The translations under genes and the position numbers were made by a program. This document shows positions 1 to 9,742 of a stretch of DNA of 32,000 bases, piece by piece. The stretch's first letter is position 1. The number at the start of each line of letters is the position of its first letter. Where the stretch lies: NCBI RefSeq assembly GCF_016786415.1, contig NZ_JADWVN010000016.1. One strand, given 5' to 3'. The stretch is from Legionella bononiensis (GTDB lineage Bacteria; Pseudomonadota; Gammaproteobacteria; Legionellales; Legionellaceae). The notes below the pieces were generated by a model. It did no database searches and was not told the DNA's origin. It saw only the letters and a program-made list of their open reading frames with translations.

Positions 1-1049
1 TTGATTCCTCAGTAGCAGCCTGGTTATTAAAGGAACAAGGCTATCAGGTTGAAGGTCTGTTCATGAAAAACTGGGAACAGGATGATACAGATGCATTCTG
101 CCCTGCAGCGCAAGATCTGGCTGATGCTCAGGCAGTATGCAATCAATTGCGTATTCCTCTTCATAGCGTTAATTTTTCAGAACAATATTGGGATAAGGTA
201 TTCGCTCATTTTTTAAATGAATACGAACACGGCAGAACTCCTAATCCAGATGTCTTGTGCAATAAGGAAATCAAATTTAATGCCTTTTTAAATCACGCAT
301 TAGAACTTGGAGCGGATTACATCGCTACTGGGCATTATGCAAAAAATAAAATTGAAGGTTCTACCGGTTTTCTTTATAAAGCAAAAGATAGAGACAAAGA
401 TCAGACTTATTTTCTGCATGCTGTAGAACCCGCCGCACTGGCAAAAACTCTATTTCCAATTGGCGATTATCATAAATCGCAAATACGTGATTTTGCGAAA
501 GAATTAGGTTTAGTAACCCATGCTAAAAAAGACTCTACAGGCATTTGTTTTATAGGGGAAAAGCGATTTAAATCTTTTTTAAAAGAATTCATTCTGGCTA
601 AACCTGGTGATATAAAAAATATGGACGGGACTATTCTTGGAAGACATGATGGACTCATGTTTTATACTTTAGGTCAACGTCAGGGACTTGGAATTGGCGG
701 CATGCAAAACTCCTCTGATGAACCTTGGTATGTGGTCGAAAAAGAGGTAAAAACCAACACATTGTACGTTGCTCAAGGCAGTCAACATCCAATGCTTTAC
801 GCACAAGGACTTATTTGCGGCCCTATTCACTGGTTAGCAGATTGTCAGGATAAATTACCAATCACTTGTTATGCCAAGACCAGATACCGACAGGCAGAAC
901 AGGCTTGTATGATTTCACCTCAGGATGGAAATCAACATTACATTATGTTCTCTAGTCCACAAAGAGCAATTACACCTGGCCAATATGTGGTTTTTTATGA
1001 TAAAAACCAATGTCTGGGTGGAGCAACAATAGAACAAATCATCAGATAA
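1..1049 (+). CDS. mnmA: tRNA 2-thiouridine(34) synthase MnmA (TrmU), 5' end truncated by the window edge
   Basis: The frame of the 63..1049 ORF stays open back to nt 3 (..[28 protein letters not shown]..), so the listed ATG is internal. The body shows typical MnmA blocks ([41 protein letters not shown]). Confidence 0.93.
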   Translation, partial: DSSVAAWLLKEQGYQVEGLFMKNWEQDDTDAFCPAAQDLADAQAVCNQLRIPLHSVNFSEQYWDKVFAHFLNEYEHGRTPNPDVLCNKEIKFNAFLNHALELGADYIATGHYAKNKIEGSTGFLYKAKDRDKDQTYFLHAVEPAALAKTLFPIGDYHKSQIRDFAKELGLVTHAKKDSTGICFIGEKRFKSFLKEFILAKPGDIKNMDGTILGRHDGLMFYTLGQRQGLGIGGMQNSSDEPWYVVEKEVKTNTLYVAQGSQHPMLYAQGLICGPIHWLADCQDKLPITCYAKTRYRQAEQACMISPQDGNQHYIMFSSPQRAITPGQYVVFYDKNQCLGGATIEQIIR

Positions 1050-1101
1050 TTGTTATAATATAAAGAGTATAGTTGTACTTATTATCTAACCGGAGTATAC
1101 G

Positions 1102-1494
1102 ATGGCTGAAGTTGAGATAGCCCCTACGACAAGTGACATCCATTTTACTGTGAGTGCCGCAGATAAAGTAGCAGAATTAATTAGAGAGGAAGATAATTTT
1201 AACCTTAATTTACGTGTTTCCATCTCTGGCGGAGGCTGTTCGGGATTTCAATACGGATTCAGCTTTGATGAACAAATTAACGATGATGACACGATTGTGG
1301 TGCAGCAGTGTTCTGATGGTAAATCCTCAGTAAAACTGTTGATTGATTCGATGAGCCATCAATACCTGCATGATGCAGAAATTGATTACATTCAGGGAAT
1401 TCAAGGTGAGCAATTCGTCATTCGCAATCCTAATGCAAAAACAACCTGCGGCTGTGGATCCTCATTCAGTATGGATGATGAAGACGATATGTAA
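1102..1494 (+). CDS. erpA: Iron-sulfur cluster insertion protein ErpA (HesB/IscA A-type carrier) with a short acidic C-terminal tail
   Basis: Near-colinear with E. coli ErpA as I remember it ([22 protein letters not shown]..., [15 protein letters not shown]). The three Cys ligands are present. GGAG lies 7 nt upstream of the ATG. The extra C-terminal MDDEDDM tail is absent from E. coli ErpA. Confidence 0.9.
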   Translation: MAEVEIAPTTSDIHFTVSAADKVAELIREEDNFNLNLRVSISGGGCSGFQYGFSFDEQINDDDTIVVQQCSDGKSSVKLLIDSMSHQYLHDAEIDYIQGIQGEQFVIRNPNAKTTCGCGSSFSMDDEDDM

Positions 1495-1498
1495 ATAT

Positions 1499-1534
1499 AA
1501 AAGCCACTCACCAGAACTCAGGATTGTGGCTTTT
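1499..1534. terminator. Hairpin between convergent erpA and the L,D-transpeptidase gene (putative bidirectional terminator)
   Basis: aaaagccac (1499-1507) pairs perfectly with gtggctttt (1526-1534) around an 18-nt loop. The T-run is at the 3' side on the + strand and the A-run at the 5' side. It sits 5 nt after the erpA stop. Confidence 0.45.
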
Positions 1535-1569
1535 AGTTCTACTACGGAAGTACTGCTATAAAAAAATTA

Positions 1570-2043
1570 TTAATAGGGTTTAATAATTACTTTTGTTCCT
1601 ATTTTCATAAAATTATGGCTTAACCAATAAGCGTCGCTCGGTTTTACCCTGACGCATCCGTGGCTTGCGTTGTAGTTAGGTACATCATAGGAACCATGTA
1701 CCGCGTAGTATTTACTAAAAAACATACAATAGGGCATTGGTGCACCACCACCGCCAACCGGATATCGGCTGGATTTACAACCAGGACCGCCTTTGCTGAT
1801 TATTCGGTATACACCTGACGGAGTTTTACACCCTCTACGAATATCAGAGCAGTAACTTTTACCTCCAGATCCTCTTCCTGTACGAACCACCTTTCCGTTT
1901 TCATTAATGGCTTTCCAGGTCAGTGTATTAGGATTAAAAATAAAAGTATTACCCGCTGAATATGCGGTTTGATACATTAATGCAACAACTGAAATAAACA
2001 AAAAACGCACTATGAACATTAAACGAAAGTTGGACTTTTCCAT
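1570..2043 (-). CDS. Small secreted L,D-transpeptidase-domain (YkuD) protein
   Basis: N-terminal hydrophobic signal sequence (FIVRFLFISVVALMYQTAYSA). C-terminal YkuD catalytic signature HGSYDVPNYNASHGCVRV (His ... SHGC(V/I)R). Gly/Cys-rich middle region. Confidence 0.8.
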   Translation of the reverse strand: MEKSNFRLMFIVRFLFISVVALMYQTAYSAGNTFIFNPNTLTWKAINENGKVVRTGRGSGGKSYCSDIRRGCKTPSGVYRIISKGGPGCKSSRYPVGGGGAPMPYCMFFSKYYAVHGSYDVPNYNASHGCVRVKPSDAYWLSHNFMKIGTKVIIKPY

Positions 2044-2245
2044 GATTATTCCTATTTCATTTCCATCAACTTCTATTTTAGTTTAAATTTTGAACAAATC
2101 AAACTTCAATCTTTTAAGCTGCGTTTGAAGAGGGGTAAATCTACAGCAAAATCTAAATAAATCAAATCATAATGCTGTTTAAACAGGCAAATCAGAATAT
2201 TTTGTCCTAATATATATTTGAGACCCTAAAAAAGGATAATTCATC

Positions 2246-2626
2246 ATGACAAGGAAATTGCTTCTCGCAACAACCCTAGCATTAAGTAGTGCATTTATAC
2301 CCTTTGTGTCGAATGCAGAAGATACTTCCAGCCCTACTGAGATGCCTAAAGACAGTTGGCTAAGCTCAATGACTCCTTTATTGCCTGATCTAATCTGCAA
2401 AGGTTTTATACAGGATGCTGATTTGAAAAAAAGATTTGATGAAATTAAAATGACTTATGAGCAATGCGTCACGTTAATACCAGAAAGCACCAATAAATGC
2501 CAAAATGAACTTTATGGCAGCATGCCTGATAAAATTAATAGTGAGAGCGCCGCAACCTGGGGCAGATCTCTTGGAGAGTGTATCGGTAAAGATTTTGCTG
2601 AAAAATATTTGGTTCCAAAAAGTTAA
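2246..2626 (+). CDS. Secreted/periplasmic hypothetical protein (4 Cys)
   Basis: Clear Sec signal peptide MTRKLLLATTLALSSAFIPFVSNA|ED. AAGGA lies upstream of the ATG. I recognise no family. The antisense ORFs 2179..2400 and 2474..2656 are overlapped and less plausible. Confidence 0.55.
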   Translation: MTRKLLLATTLALSSAFIPFVSNAEDTSSPTEMPKDSWLSSMTPLLPDLICKGFIQDADLKKRFDEIKMTYEQCVTLIPESTNKCQNELYGSMPDKINSESAATWGRSLGECIGKDFAEKYLVPKS

Positions 2627-2645
2627 ATGCACATTCAAAAGAGTT

Positions 2646-2677
2646 CCAGCCTGCATTGATCATTTAGAGCAGGTTGG
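2646..2677. terminator. Hairpin between the convergent secreted-protein gene and dnaQ
   Basis: ccagcctgc (2646-2654) pairs with gcaggttgg (2669-2677), 9 bp with one G-U, and is followed by the T-rich attctttgcttta on the + strand. Confidence 0.35.
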
Positions 2678-2759
2678 ATTCTTTGCTTTAATTAAGCTAT
2701 TTTGATAACCATTAAAGTATAAAGAGTCAAAACTCTCCCACGTATAAAACAATTCACCG

Positions 2760-3464
2760 TTACGTTTCTTCACTCCAATGATTGACACCCGATTTCTTAG
2801 TCAAAAAATTAACAAAATCATGGTGAGCCGCAAGTTCTTCATCATTAGGTCTGACGATAACTGGATTTGCCAGTTTTAAAGCACTGGATTCATTAATATT
2901 AATCGCCAGATTACTGGTGACCGTCTCTGTATCTGAAAATAAACTGGCCTGACCACCAGTCATGGCCAGATAAACAAATGCTAATATTTCCGCGTCTAAC
3001 AAAGCTCCATGCAGCTGCCTGTTGGAGTTATCAATATTATAACGCTTGCATAATGCATCAAGACTGTTGCGTTGACCTGGATGCTTTTCTCTCGCCAAGA
3101 CCAGAGTATCAAAAATATCGCAGTATTCTTCCAGTTTTTTCTTCCAGTGAACGTGTTTCAATTCTGAGTTGAGGAATCCAACATCAAACGGTGCATTGTG
3201 TATCACTAATTCAGCACCACCTACAAATTGAAGAAACTCTGAAACCACATCTTTAAATAAGGGCTTATCTTGTAAAAATTCAGTACTGATACCATGCACA
3301 CGAAAAGCCCCCTCTTCCACATCCCGTTCAGGATTCAGATAAACGTGAAAATGCTTTCCGGTTAATTTTCGATCAATCAATTCAATACAACCAATCTCAA
3401 TAACCCGATGGCCTTGCTCAGGACCTATACCAGTTGTTTCTGTATCTAAAATTATTTGCCTCAT
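2760..3464 (-). CDS. dnaQ: DNA polymerase III epsilon subunit (3'-5' proofreading exonuclease) DnaQ
   Basis: Exo I DTETTG, Exo II HNAPFDVGFL and Exo III HGALLDAEILAFVY motifs. The ORF-track start at 3467 is TTG; the adjacent ATG at 3464 (MRQIILDTETTG) is preferred. Confidence 0.92.
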   Translation of the reverse strand: MRQIILDTETTGIGPEQGHRVIEIGCIELIDRKLTGKHFHVYLNPERDVEEGAFRVHGISTEFLQDKPLFKDVVSEFLQFVGGAELVIHNAPFDVGFLNSELKHVHWKKKLEEYCDIFDTLVLAREKHPGQRNSLDALCKRYNIDNSNRQLHGALLDAEILAFVYLAMTGGQASLFSDTETVTSNLAININESSALKLANPVIVRPNDEELAAHHDFVNFLTKKSGVNHWSEET

Positions 3465-3476
3465 CAATCCGCCCTG

Positions 3477-3908
3477 TCAGGTTAATTCAGTTATCGCTTG
3501 ATTCGCTAAAGCATCAACCAAATCATTTTCCAAATGACCAGAGTGCCCCTTAACCCAATGCCAGGTTACTTTATGAGTTGAAGCGAGTTGATCTAATGAC
3601 ATCCAGAGATCGGCATTTTTTACCGGTTCTTTTTTTGAATTGCGCCAACCATTTTTTTTCCAGGAGGCGAGCCACTCTTTCATTCCTTGCTGGACATATT
3701 TAGAGTCTGTATATAAATCCACTTCACAGGGACGCTTTAATGATTCCAGGCCCTTAATCGCAGCCATTAACTCCATTCTATTATTTGTGGTATGTGCCTC
3801 ACCACCATGGAGAGTTCGTTCAACGCCCTGGTAACGGAGTAAAACACCCCATCCACCAGGCCCAGGATTTCCTTTACAGGCACCATCTGTATATATTTCA
3901 ACAATCAT
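3477..3908 (-). CDS. rnhA: Ribonuclease HI
   Basis: [39 protein letters not shown] and [20 protein letters not shown] are classic RNase HI blocks. The start overlaps the upstream SDR stop as ATGA (3905-3908). Confidence 0.93.
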   Translation of the reverse strand: MIVEIYTDGACKGNPGPGGWGVLLRYQGVERTLHGGEAHTTNNRMELMAAIKGLESLKRPCEVDLYTDSKYVQQGMKEWLASWKKNGWRNSKKEPVKNADLWMSLDQLASTHKVTWHWVKGHSGHLENDLVDALANQAITELT

Positions 3909-4711
3909 AAGAATAAATCTGTATATAGTTCCAAATCAGACTGCATAGCATAACAAGAAAAATCAGTTACACCAGCACGTTTTAAAACATCTTCATCAAT
4001 AAATAAATTTCCTGTAATTGATCTTGAGGGTTGATTGATAATCCAATGTACCGCATCGGCGATAATCTGTGGTTTTCGACTTGCCATATACATTTCCTTT
4101 GGGAAATGAACACGGATGGCATCTGTAGCAATAGTTGTTCTTGGCCATAAAGAATTGACAGCAATACCGGCCTCTTTAAACTCATCTGATAATCCGAGAG
4201 TACACATGCTCATACCGTATTTACTGAGGGTATATGCCAAATGCGATGCAAACCATTTTCTATCCATATTCAATGGTGGCGATAAAGTCACAATATGAGG
4301 ATTAGGGCTTTTTAACAAATGAGGAATAGCTGCCTGAGAGCAAGCAAAGGTTGCTCTGGTATTGACCTCTTGCATTAAGTCATAACGCTTCATTGCAGTA
4401 TTCAATGTATCGGTTAAACTGATCGCACTTGCATTATTAATTAACACATCAAGTCTGCCAAAAGTTTCAATGGTTGTCTTCATTGCACTTTGAATTTGCA
4501 ACTCATCACGCACATCAACCATTAAAGGCAAGGCTTGTCCACCCAGATCTTCTATTTCCTTTGCAACAGTATAAATAGTCCCTTCCAGTTTGGGATGGGG
4601 TTCCGTGGTTTTAGCAGCAATAACAACACATGCTTTTTCAGCAGCACATTTTAAAGCAATTGCTCTGCCTATTCCTCTACTGCCGCCAGTAATAAAAATT
4701 ACTTTATTCAT
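3905..4711 (-). CDS. Short-chain dehydrogenase/reductase (SDR), HSDL2-like subfamily
   Basis: TGGSRGIG Rossmann motif, NNAS, and a YxxxK catalytic pair (YTLSKYG). The block [15 protein letters not shown] resembles the HSDL2/'citronellol dehydrogenase-like' SDR subgroup from memory. The start overlaps the ALDH stop as ATGA (4708-4711). Confidence 0.85.
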   Translation of the reverse strand: MNKVIFITGGSRGIGRAIALKCAAEKACVVIAAKTTEPHPKLEGTIYTVAKEIEDLGGQALPLMVDVRDELQIQSAMKTTIETFGRLDVLINNASAISLTDTLNTAMKRYDLMQEVNTRATFACSQAAIPHLLKSPNPHIVTLSPPLNMDRKWFASHLAYTLSKYGMSMCTLGLSDEFKEAGIAVNSLWPRTTIATDAIRVHFPKEMYMASRKPQIIADAVHWIINQPSRSITGNLFIDEDVLKRAGVTDFSCYAMQSDLELYTDLFL

Positions 4712-6111
4712 TTAGTCCCTCTTCTTTTGATTCCAGCAATATAAGCCAAAAACAAGCGCATTAATGTTCCATATGGAGGATAGAGTAGTGTTCCCGGAGA
4801 AAATGCTCCTTTTATCAACACAGGTTTTAGTTTAGAAAACGTATCAAAGCCTTCTTGCCCATGATATTGTCCCATTCCACTTGGACCAACACCACCAAAA
4901 GGCAAATCGTCTATCGCGATATGCATTAGCGTATCGTTAATAGTTAAAGCACCGGATAAAGTTCTGGTTTGAATAAACTGCTTCTCAACATTGTCCTCTC
5001 CAAAATAATATAGGGCTAAAGGATTGGGTAATGCGTTGATAAAAGCTATTGCATCCATAAAAGTGTTATAACTCACTACAGGCAGTATAGGTCCAAAAAT
5101 TTCTTCTTGCATGACCCTCATTTTGGCGGTGACATCAAATAACAAATATACGGGTAGTCTATTTGAATGTTCATTTTGCTTACCAAATTCAACGACACGC
5201 GCGCCTTTCGATCGAGCATCTTCTACCAATGCCAATAAACGCAGTTTATGAGTGTCATTAATAATATTGGAATAATTATCATTGTTCATCAAATCCGGAT
5301 AATGCTTCTCAATGAATTGCTCGAATGCCTCTTCAACAACTTCCTCCCATCCTTCTGGAACTAACAGGTAATCAGGAGCAATACAGGTTTGTGCCGCATT
5401 GAACAATTTCCCCATAAACAAGCGATTAAAATAATTTTTATTCATGGTGGAAGACAATACAGCTGGAGATTTACCTCCCAGCTCCAGAGTTATCGGGGTC
5501 AGACGCTCACTTGCTGTTTTCATGATCAGTTTTCCAACTGCTGTCGATCCGGTAAACATTAAATGTGCAAAGGGTAAGGATGAGAATTTTTTCGAAGTCT
5601 CTACGTCACCATTGACAACCTGAATGTACTTATCCAAACCTGTTGAATGAAATATCGATTGGAGTACTAAACCAGTCTCAGCAGATAATTCAGACATTTT
5701 AATCATTACCCGATTACCGGCAGCCAAAGCATAAACTGCTGGGACTACGGATAAATAAACGGGATAATTCCAGGGAACCAGATTCCCTATGACGCCTAAA
5801 GGCTGTGGTACTACATAAGCAGATGCTGGAAAAAACAACCAGGATACCTCTTTATGTCGTTTTCTCATCCAACGCTTCATTTTTTTTAAACAATAATTAA
5901 TTGCGTTGATTGTAGGGAAAATTTCAAGAAATAAAGTTTCTTCCACCGATCGATGGATGAAATCCTTATTGATTGCTTCAGCTATAGAATAAGCTTCAGT
6001 TTGCAAAGCCTTTTTGATATCCATCAAAATTTTTTTTCTTTCGCCCAGTGAAGGATAGGGATTTAAGTGATGCTCATGATCCAGAGCTTTGAATTGAGAG
6101 TTTAAATCCAT
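4708..6111 (-). CDS. NAD(P)+-dependent aldehyde dehydrogenase, class-3/coniferyl-aldehyde-dehydrogenase-like
   Basis: ALDH signatures: LELGGKSP (catalytic Glu), NAAQTCIAPDY (catalytic Cys), EEIFGPILPV, FGGVGPSGMGQYHG. The length and N-terminus resemble the CalB-type subgroup. AGGA lies 10 nt upstream, and there are only 11 nt after the hutH stop. Confidence 0.88.
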   Translation of the reverse strand: MDLNSQFKALDHEHHLNPYPSLGERKKILMDIKKALQTEAYSIAEAINKDFIHRSVEETLFLEIFPTINAINYCLKKMKRWMRKRHKEVSWLFFPASAYVVPQPLGVIGNLVPWNYPVYLSVVPAVYALAAGNRVMIKMSELSAETGLVLQSIFHSTGLDKYIQVVNGDVETSKKFSSLPFAHLMFTGSTAVGKLIMKTASERLTPITLELGGKSPAVLSSTMNKNYFNRLFMGKLFNAAQTCIAPDYLLVPEGWEEVVEEAFEQFIEKHYPDLMNNDNYSNIINDTHKLRLLALVEDARSKGARVVEFGKQNEHSNRLPVYLLFDVTAKMRVMQEEIFGPILPVVSYNTFMDAIAFINALPNPLALYYFGEDNVEKQFIQTRTLSGALTINDTLMHIAIDDLPFGGVGPSGMGQYHGQEGFDTFSKLKPVLIKGAFSPGTLLYPPYGTLMRLFLAYIAGIKRRGTK

Positions 6112-6122
6112 AATTGTGCGTC

Positions 6123-7652
6123 CTATCCTATGGTTTCAACATTCAAATGAGCTAAAGTAAAATCTTCAGCAAGAATCCTGTGTTTGATTTTGGCAATGTC
6201 AGGCGCAAAATATCTGTCTCTATCATAAGGAGCAATATCTTCCCTTATTTTTCGATATATCTCATACAGTTGAGGAGAGGTTTTTAACGGTTTATGAAAC
6301 TCAAGTCCCTGACAGGCAGCAAGTAATTCAATAGCAAGAATCGTAGCAGTGTTATCGTTCATTTCATATAGACGACGAGCTGCGCTGGTCGCCATAGAAA
6401 CATGATCTTCCTGGTTCGCTGATGTAGGAATGCTATCAACAGAATGGGGATGAGCAAGTGCTTTATTATCGCTGGCACAGGATGCTGCGGTAACATGAGC
6501 TATCATAAAACCTGAATTCAGCCCACTTTCCCTCACAAGAAATGCCGGTAAACCACTAAAATTCTTATCAATCAACAAAGCAATCCGTCGTTCAGCATTT
6601 GACCCCATTTCGGCAATGGCCAAAGCAAGATTATCTGCAGCCATCGCAATTATTTCACCATGAAAATTTCCTCCTGATAATATATCCCCATCCTGGGCAA
6701 AAACCAGAGGATTATCAGAAACAGCATTCGCTTCAACCTGCAGGGTAGCGCCTACAAACTGTAATTGATGAAGTACAGCACCCATAATTTGCGGTTGGCA
6801 ACGTAATGAATAAGGATCCTGTACTCGATTACAGAGTCGGTGCGATTCCCTAATCTCGCTACCAGACAATAAACTGCGGTACATTGACGCCACTTGAGTT
6901 TGCGATTGATGACCTCGCGCTTCATGTATTCTGGCATCAAAAGGTACATCACTTCCACATGCGGCATCTACAGACAAGGCACCGGCAATAACCGCCGTTT
7001 CAAAAAGGGTTTCACAGGTAAATAAAGCCATCAATGCCAATGCGGTAGAAACCTGCAAGCCATTAAGAAGAGCTAAGCCTTCTTTTGCTTCCAACTCTAT
7101 AGGTGCTAATCCAGCAATTTTCAAACCATCGACAGCACTGATTTTCTTGCCTTTATACCGTACCTGCCCTTCACCAAGTAAAGCTAGTGACATATGTGCC
7201 AAAGGAACCAAATCCCCTGAAGCACCAACAGAACCCTTTGCAGGGATACATGGATATACTTTATGGTTGTAGAGTTGCACCAAAGCTTCAACCACTTCAA
7301 TTCGAACTCCAGAAAACCCTTGAGCCAAATTATTAATTTTAAGCAGTAATATTAATGCAACCACATCATCAGAAAGTAACTCACCTGTTCCACAGGCATG
7401 AGACAGAACAATATTTCGTTGCAGCTGTTTCAAATGTTCGTTTGAAATAGTCTGATTCGCCAAAGAACCAAATCCAGTATTAATACCATAGACTGTTTTT
7501 TTATCTTTAATAACTTTTTTCACGGTTTGGTGCGACGCATCGATTAAGCCCAAAGCAGTATCGGATAAGGAGCAAAGCAAGCCATTTGTAATAGTGTATT
7601 TAATAGACTGCAGGGTCAATTGCCCTGGTTGAAGTATAAAGCCTTCAGACAT
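6123..7652 (-). CDS. hutH: Histidine ammonia-lyase
   Basis: MIO-forming Ala-Ser-Gly motif within [15 protein letters not shown]. Full-length colinearity with the HAL/PAL family. The start overlaps the hutU stop by 8 nt. Confidence 0.93.
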   Translation of the reverse strand: MSEGFILQPGQLTLQSIKYTITNGLLCSLSDTALGLIDASHQTVKKVIKDKKTVYGINTGFGSLANQTISNEHLKQLQRNIVLSHACGTGELLSDDVVALILLLKINNLAQGFSGVRIEVVEALVQLYNHKVYPCIPAKGSVGASGDLVPLAHMSLALLGEGQVRYKGKKISAVDGLKIAGLAPIELEAKEGLALLNGLQVSTALALMALFTCETLFETAVIAGALSVDAACGSDVPFDARIHEARGHQSQTQVASMYRSLLSGSEIRESHRLCNRVQDPYSLRCQPQIMGAVLHQLQFVGATLQVEANAVSDNPLVFAQDGDILSGGNFHGEIIAMAADNLALAIAEMGSNAERRIALLIDKNFSGLPAFLVRESGLNSGFMIAHVTAASCASDNKALAHPHSVDSIPTSANQEDHVSMATSAARRLYEMNDNTATILAIELLAACQGLEFHKPLKTSPQLYEIYRKIREDIAPYDRDRYFAPDIAKIKHRILAEDFTLAHLNVETIG

Positions 7653-9330
7653 TTACTTGCTCCTCTTGAGATTCCATAGGTAACCATAATGAATTTTCTT
7701 TTGCACATCGTTTTGCAAGGTCATATCCTGCATCAGCATGTCTCATTACTCCGGTTGCCGGATCATTATGTAAGACTCGGGCCAATCGTTGTGCTGCTTT
7801 CGCAGTGCCATCCGCTACAATAACGACACCAGCATGTTGAGAGAATCCCATGCCAACACCACCTCCATGATGAATACTGACCCAGGTAGCTCCACTGGCA
7901 CAATTTAACAATGCATTAAGTAAAGGCCAGTCCGAGACAGCGTCGCTGCCATCCAACATCCCCTCAGTTTCTCTATTAGGGCTGGCAACTGATCCGGAGT
8001 CCAAATGATCTCGTCCGATAACTATGGGCGCTTTCACTTCTTTATTTTTAACCATTTCATTAAATGCCAAGGCTAATCGAGCTCGGTCCTTTAAACCAAC
8101 CCAGCAAATTCTGGCAGGAAGCCCCTGAAAAGCGATTCTCTCTCTGGCCATATCAAGCCATTGATGCAAGTGTTTATCATGCGGAATCAGTTTCTTGACC
8201 ATCCTATCAGTAGCGTAGATGTCTTCAGGATCCCCTGATAAGGCAACCCATCTGAAAGGTCCAATTCCTTCACAAAATAAGGGTCTGATATAAGCAGGAA
8301 CAAATCCCTCAAATGAAAAGGCCTGTTCTTCCCCTGCTTCCAATGCCATTTGTCGAATGTTATTTCCATAATCAAATACAGGTATTCCTTTCTTTTGAAA
8401 TTGAAGCATGGCATGCACTTGAATAGCCATTGATTTTTTAGCAGCGTCGACAACTTGTGCAGGATCTGTTTTTCTCATGTCACTGGCCTGCTCCAAAGTC
8501 CAACCAGCAGGAAGATATCCGTTCAACGGATCATGAGCACTGGTTTGGTCAGTGACCAGGGATGGATGAGCGCCACGTTCAATCAATTGAGGATAGATTT
8601 CTGCGGCATTACCCAATATTGCTACGGATATAGGTTGTTTTTTTTGACATGACTCATTAATCCATGCCAAGGCCTCATCAAGATTATCAGTAAATTTATC
8701 AAGATATTTCGTTTTAATTCGTTTTTCTATTCGACTTAAATCACACTCAACGGCAAGAACACTGGCGCCAGCCATAGTGCCAGCTAATGTTTGTGCTCCA
8801 CCCATACCCCCTAATCCACCTGTTAGAATCCAACGACCTGATAAATCGCCGTTATAATGTTTTTTAGCAGCAGCAATAAAAGTTTCATAGGTACCTTGAA
8901 CAATCCCTTGAGAACCAATATATATCCAGCTTCCAGCGGTCATTTGGCCATACATCATCAGGCCTTTTTTATCCAACTCATTAAAATATTCCCAATTAGC
9001 CCAACGCGGAACTAAATTGGAATTGGCAATAAGAACTCGTGGCGCGTCTTCATGGGTCGTAAAAACACCAACGGGTTTTCCTGATTGAATTAATAAAGTC
9101 TGATCATCATCCAATACTTTTAATACCTGGACGATTTTATCAAAACAATTCCAGTTTCGGGCTGCCTTCCCCAGCCCACCATAAACAATTAATGAATCCG
9201 GATCTTCTGCTACATCGGGATCCAAATTATTGCATAACATTCGTAAAGCAGCCTCGGTCAACCAACTCTTGGTTTGTTTTTCCGTGCCTCTATTCGCAGT
9301 AATTACCCGCTTATTCTTGTTATCATTCAT
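7645..9330 (-). CDS. hutU: Urocanate hydratase
   Basis: Typical urocanase blocks ([43 protein letters not shown]). The ORF track starts at 9372, but the ATG at 9330 ([10 protein letters not shown]) has GGAG 8 nt upstream and gives a canonical N-terminus. Confidence 0.93.
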   Translation of the reverse strand: MNDNKNKRVITANRGTEKQTKSWLTEAALRMLCNNLDPDVAEDPDSLIVYGGLGKAARNWNCFDKIVQVLKVLDDDQTLLIQSGKPVGVFTTHEDAPRVLIANSNLVPRWANWEYFNELDKKGLMMYGQMTAGSWIYIGSQGIVQGTYETFIAAAKKHYNGDLSGRWILTGGLGGMGGAQTLAGTMAGASVLAVECDLSRIEKRIKTKYLDKFTDNLDEALAWINESCQKKQPISVAILGNAAEIYPQLIERGAHPSLVTDQTSAHDPLNGYLPAGWTLEQASDMRKTDPAQVVDAAKKSMAIQVHAMLQFQKKGIPVFDYGNNIRQMALEAGEEQAFSFEGFVPAYIRPLFCEGIGPFRWVALSGDPEDIYATDRMVKKLIPHDKHLHQWLDMARERIAFQGLPARICWVGLKDRARLALAFNEMVKNKEVKAPIVIGRDHLDSGSVASPNRETEGMLDGSDAVSDWPLLNALLNCASGATWVSIHHGGGVGMGFSQHAGVVIVADGTAKAAQRLARVLHNDPATGVMRHADAGYDLAKRCAKENSLWLPMESQEEQVNV

Positions 9331-9590
9331 CAAGAATTCTCCATTTCTAACAAAATTAGAAACATCATACACGAGACAACTTTCTGCGTGAATGCAGTAT
9401 TAAGTTAAATTCATTGATTCAGACACTTTAGGGCGAATTGGGAACACACCTGCTGATGGAATTAATATACAGAGACATTAAGTTGCCTGTTACCCACAAA
9501 ACGCCTCAATAACCCCGTAATATGACATCCTGAATGCAAGGATTGCAACTAGCATTAAGTTTGTCTTAATAAAATACTCAATGTTTCATT

Positions 9591-9673
9591 TCAAAAATTA
9601 TCAAGATCTCGCTAAAAATAGCCTTCTCCCCCTGGGAGAAGGCTATTCTTGCGAGATCTCGATAACTTTTTGA
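9591..9673. repeat. About 83-bp near-perfect palindrome downstream of mshE (probable bidirectional terminator or palindromic element)
   Basis: Core arms: aatagccttctccc (9617-9630) and gggagaaggctatt (9634-9647) with a 3-nt loop. Outer arms: agatctcgc (9604-9612) and gcgagatct (9651-9659). Flanks: tcaaaaattatc and gataactttttga, symmetric apart from one indel, which supply A-runs and T-runs on both sides. Confidence 0.6.
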
Positions 9674-9742
9674 ATTGAACAATGTAAGAAGGGATCTCTT
9701 GAAACTATGAGGAGCTTGCTTTTGAATGATCTGACTCGACTT

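Noticed and set aside
1370-1561. 63-aa ORF overlapping the 3' end of erpA and the terminator hairpin
   Set aside because: It is out of frame with a well-supported erpA, runs through the terminator stem and has no RBS.
2175-2186. ctgtttaaacag as a LexA SOS box
   Set aside because: The gammaproteobacterial LexA box is CTGT-N8-ACAG (16 bp), and this has only a 4-nt spacer. It is kept only as an unassigned palindrome in the findings.
8187-8652. ORFs 8187..8453 (-) and 8455..8652 (+) inside hutU. The same applies to other nested ORFs at 470..658, 2978..3172, 3640..3834, 3982..4298, 6752..6967, 10912..11433, 13707..14332, 22752..23000, 25834..26115 and 26536..29138
   Set aside because: All are embedded in long ORFs with unmistakable family motifs. 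They are out-of-frame or antisense and have low-complexity or odd composition, so I treated them as spurious.
9331-9372. Longer hutU N-terminus ([14 protein letters not shown]...) from the ORF track
   Set aside because: The upstream start has no recognisable RBS, and the extension does not resemble urocanase N-termini. The ATG at 9330 has GGAG at the proper distance.
9535-9548. Tandem TTGCA elements (minus strand gttgcaatccttgcat) upstream of hutU as a sigma-54 site
   Set aside because: It lacks the -24 GG dinucleotide and the spacing between the two GC elements is wrong. It is probably chance in AT-rich DNA.
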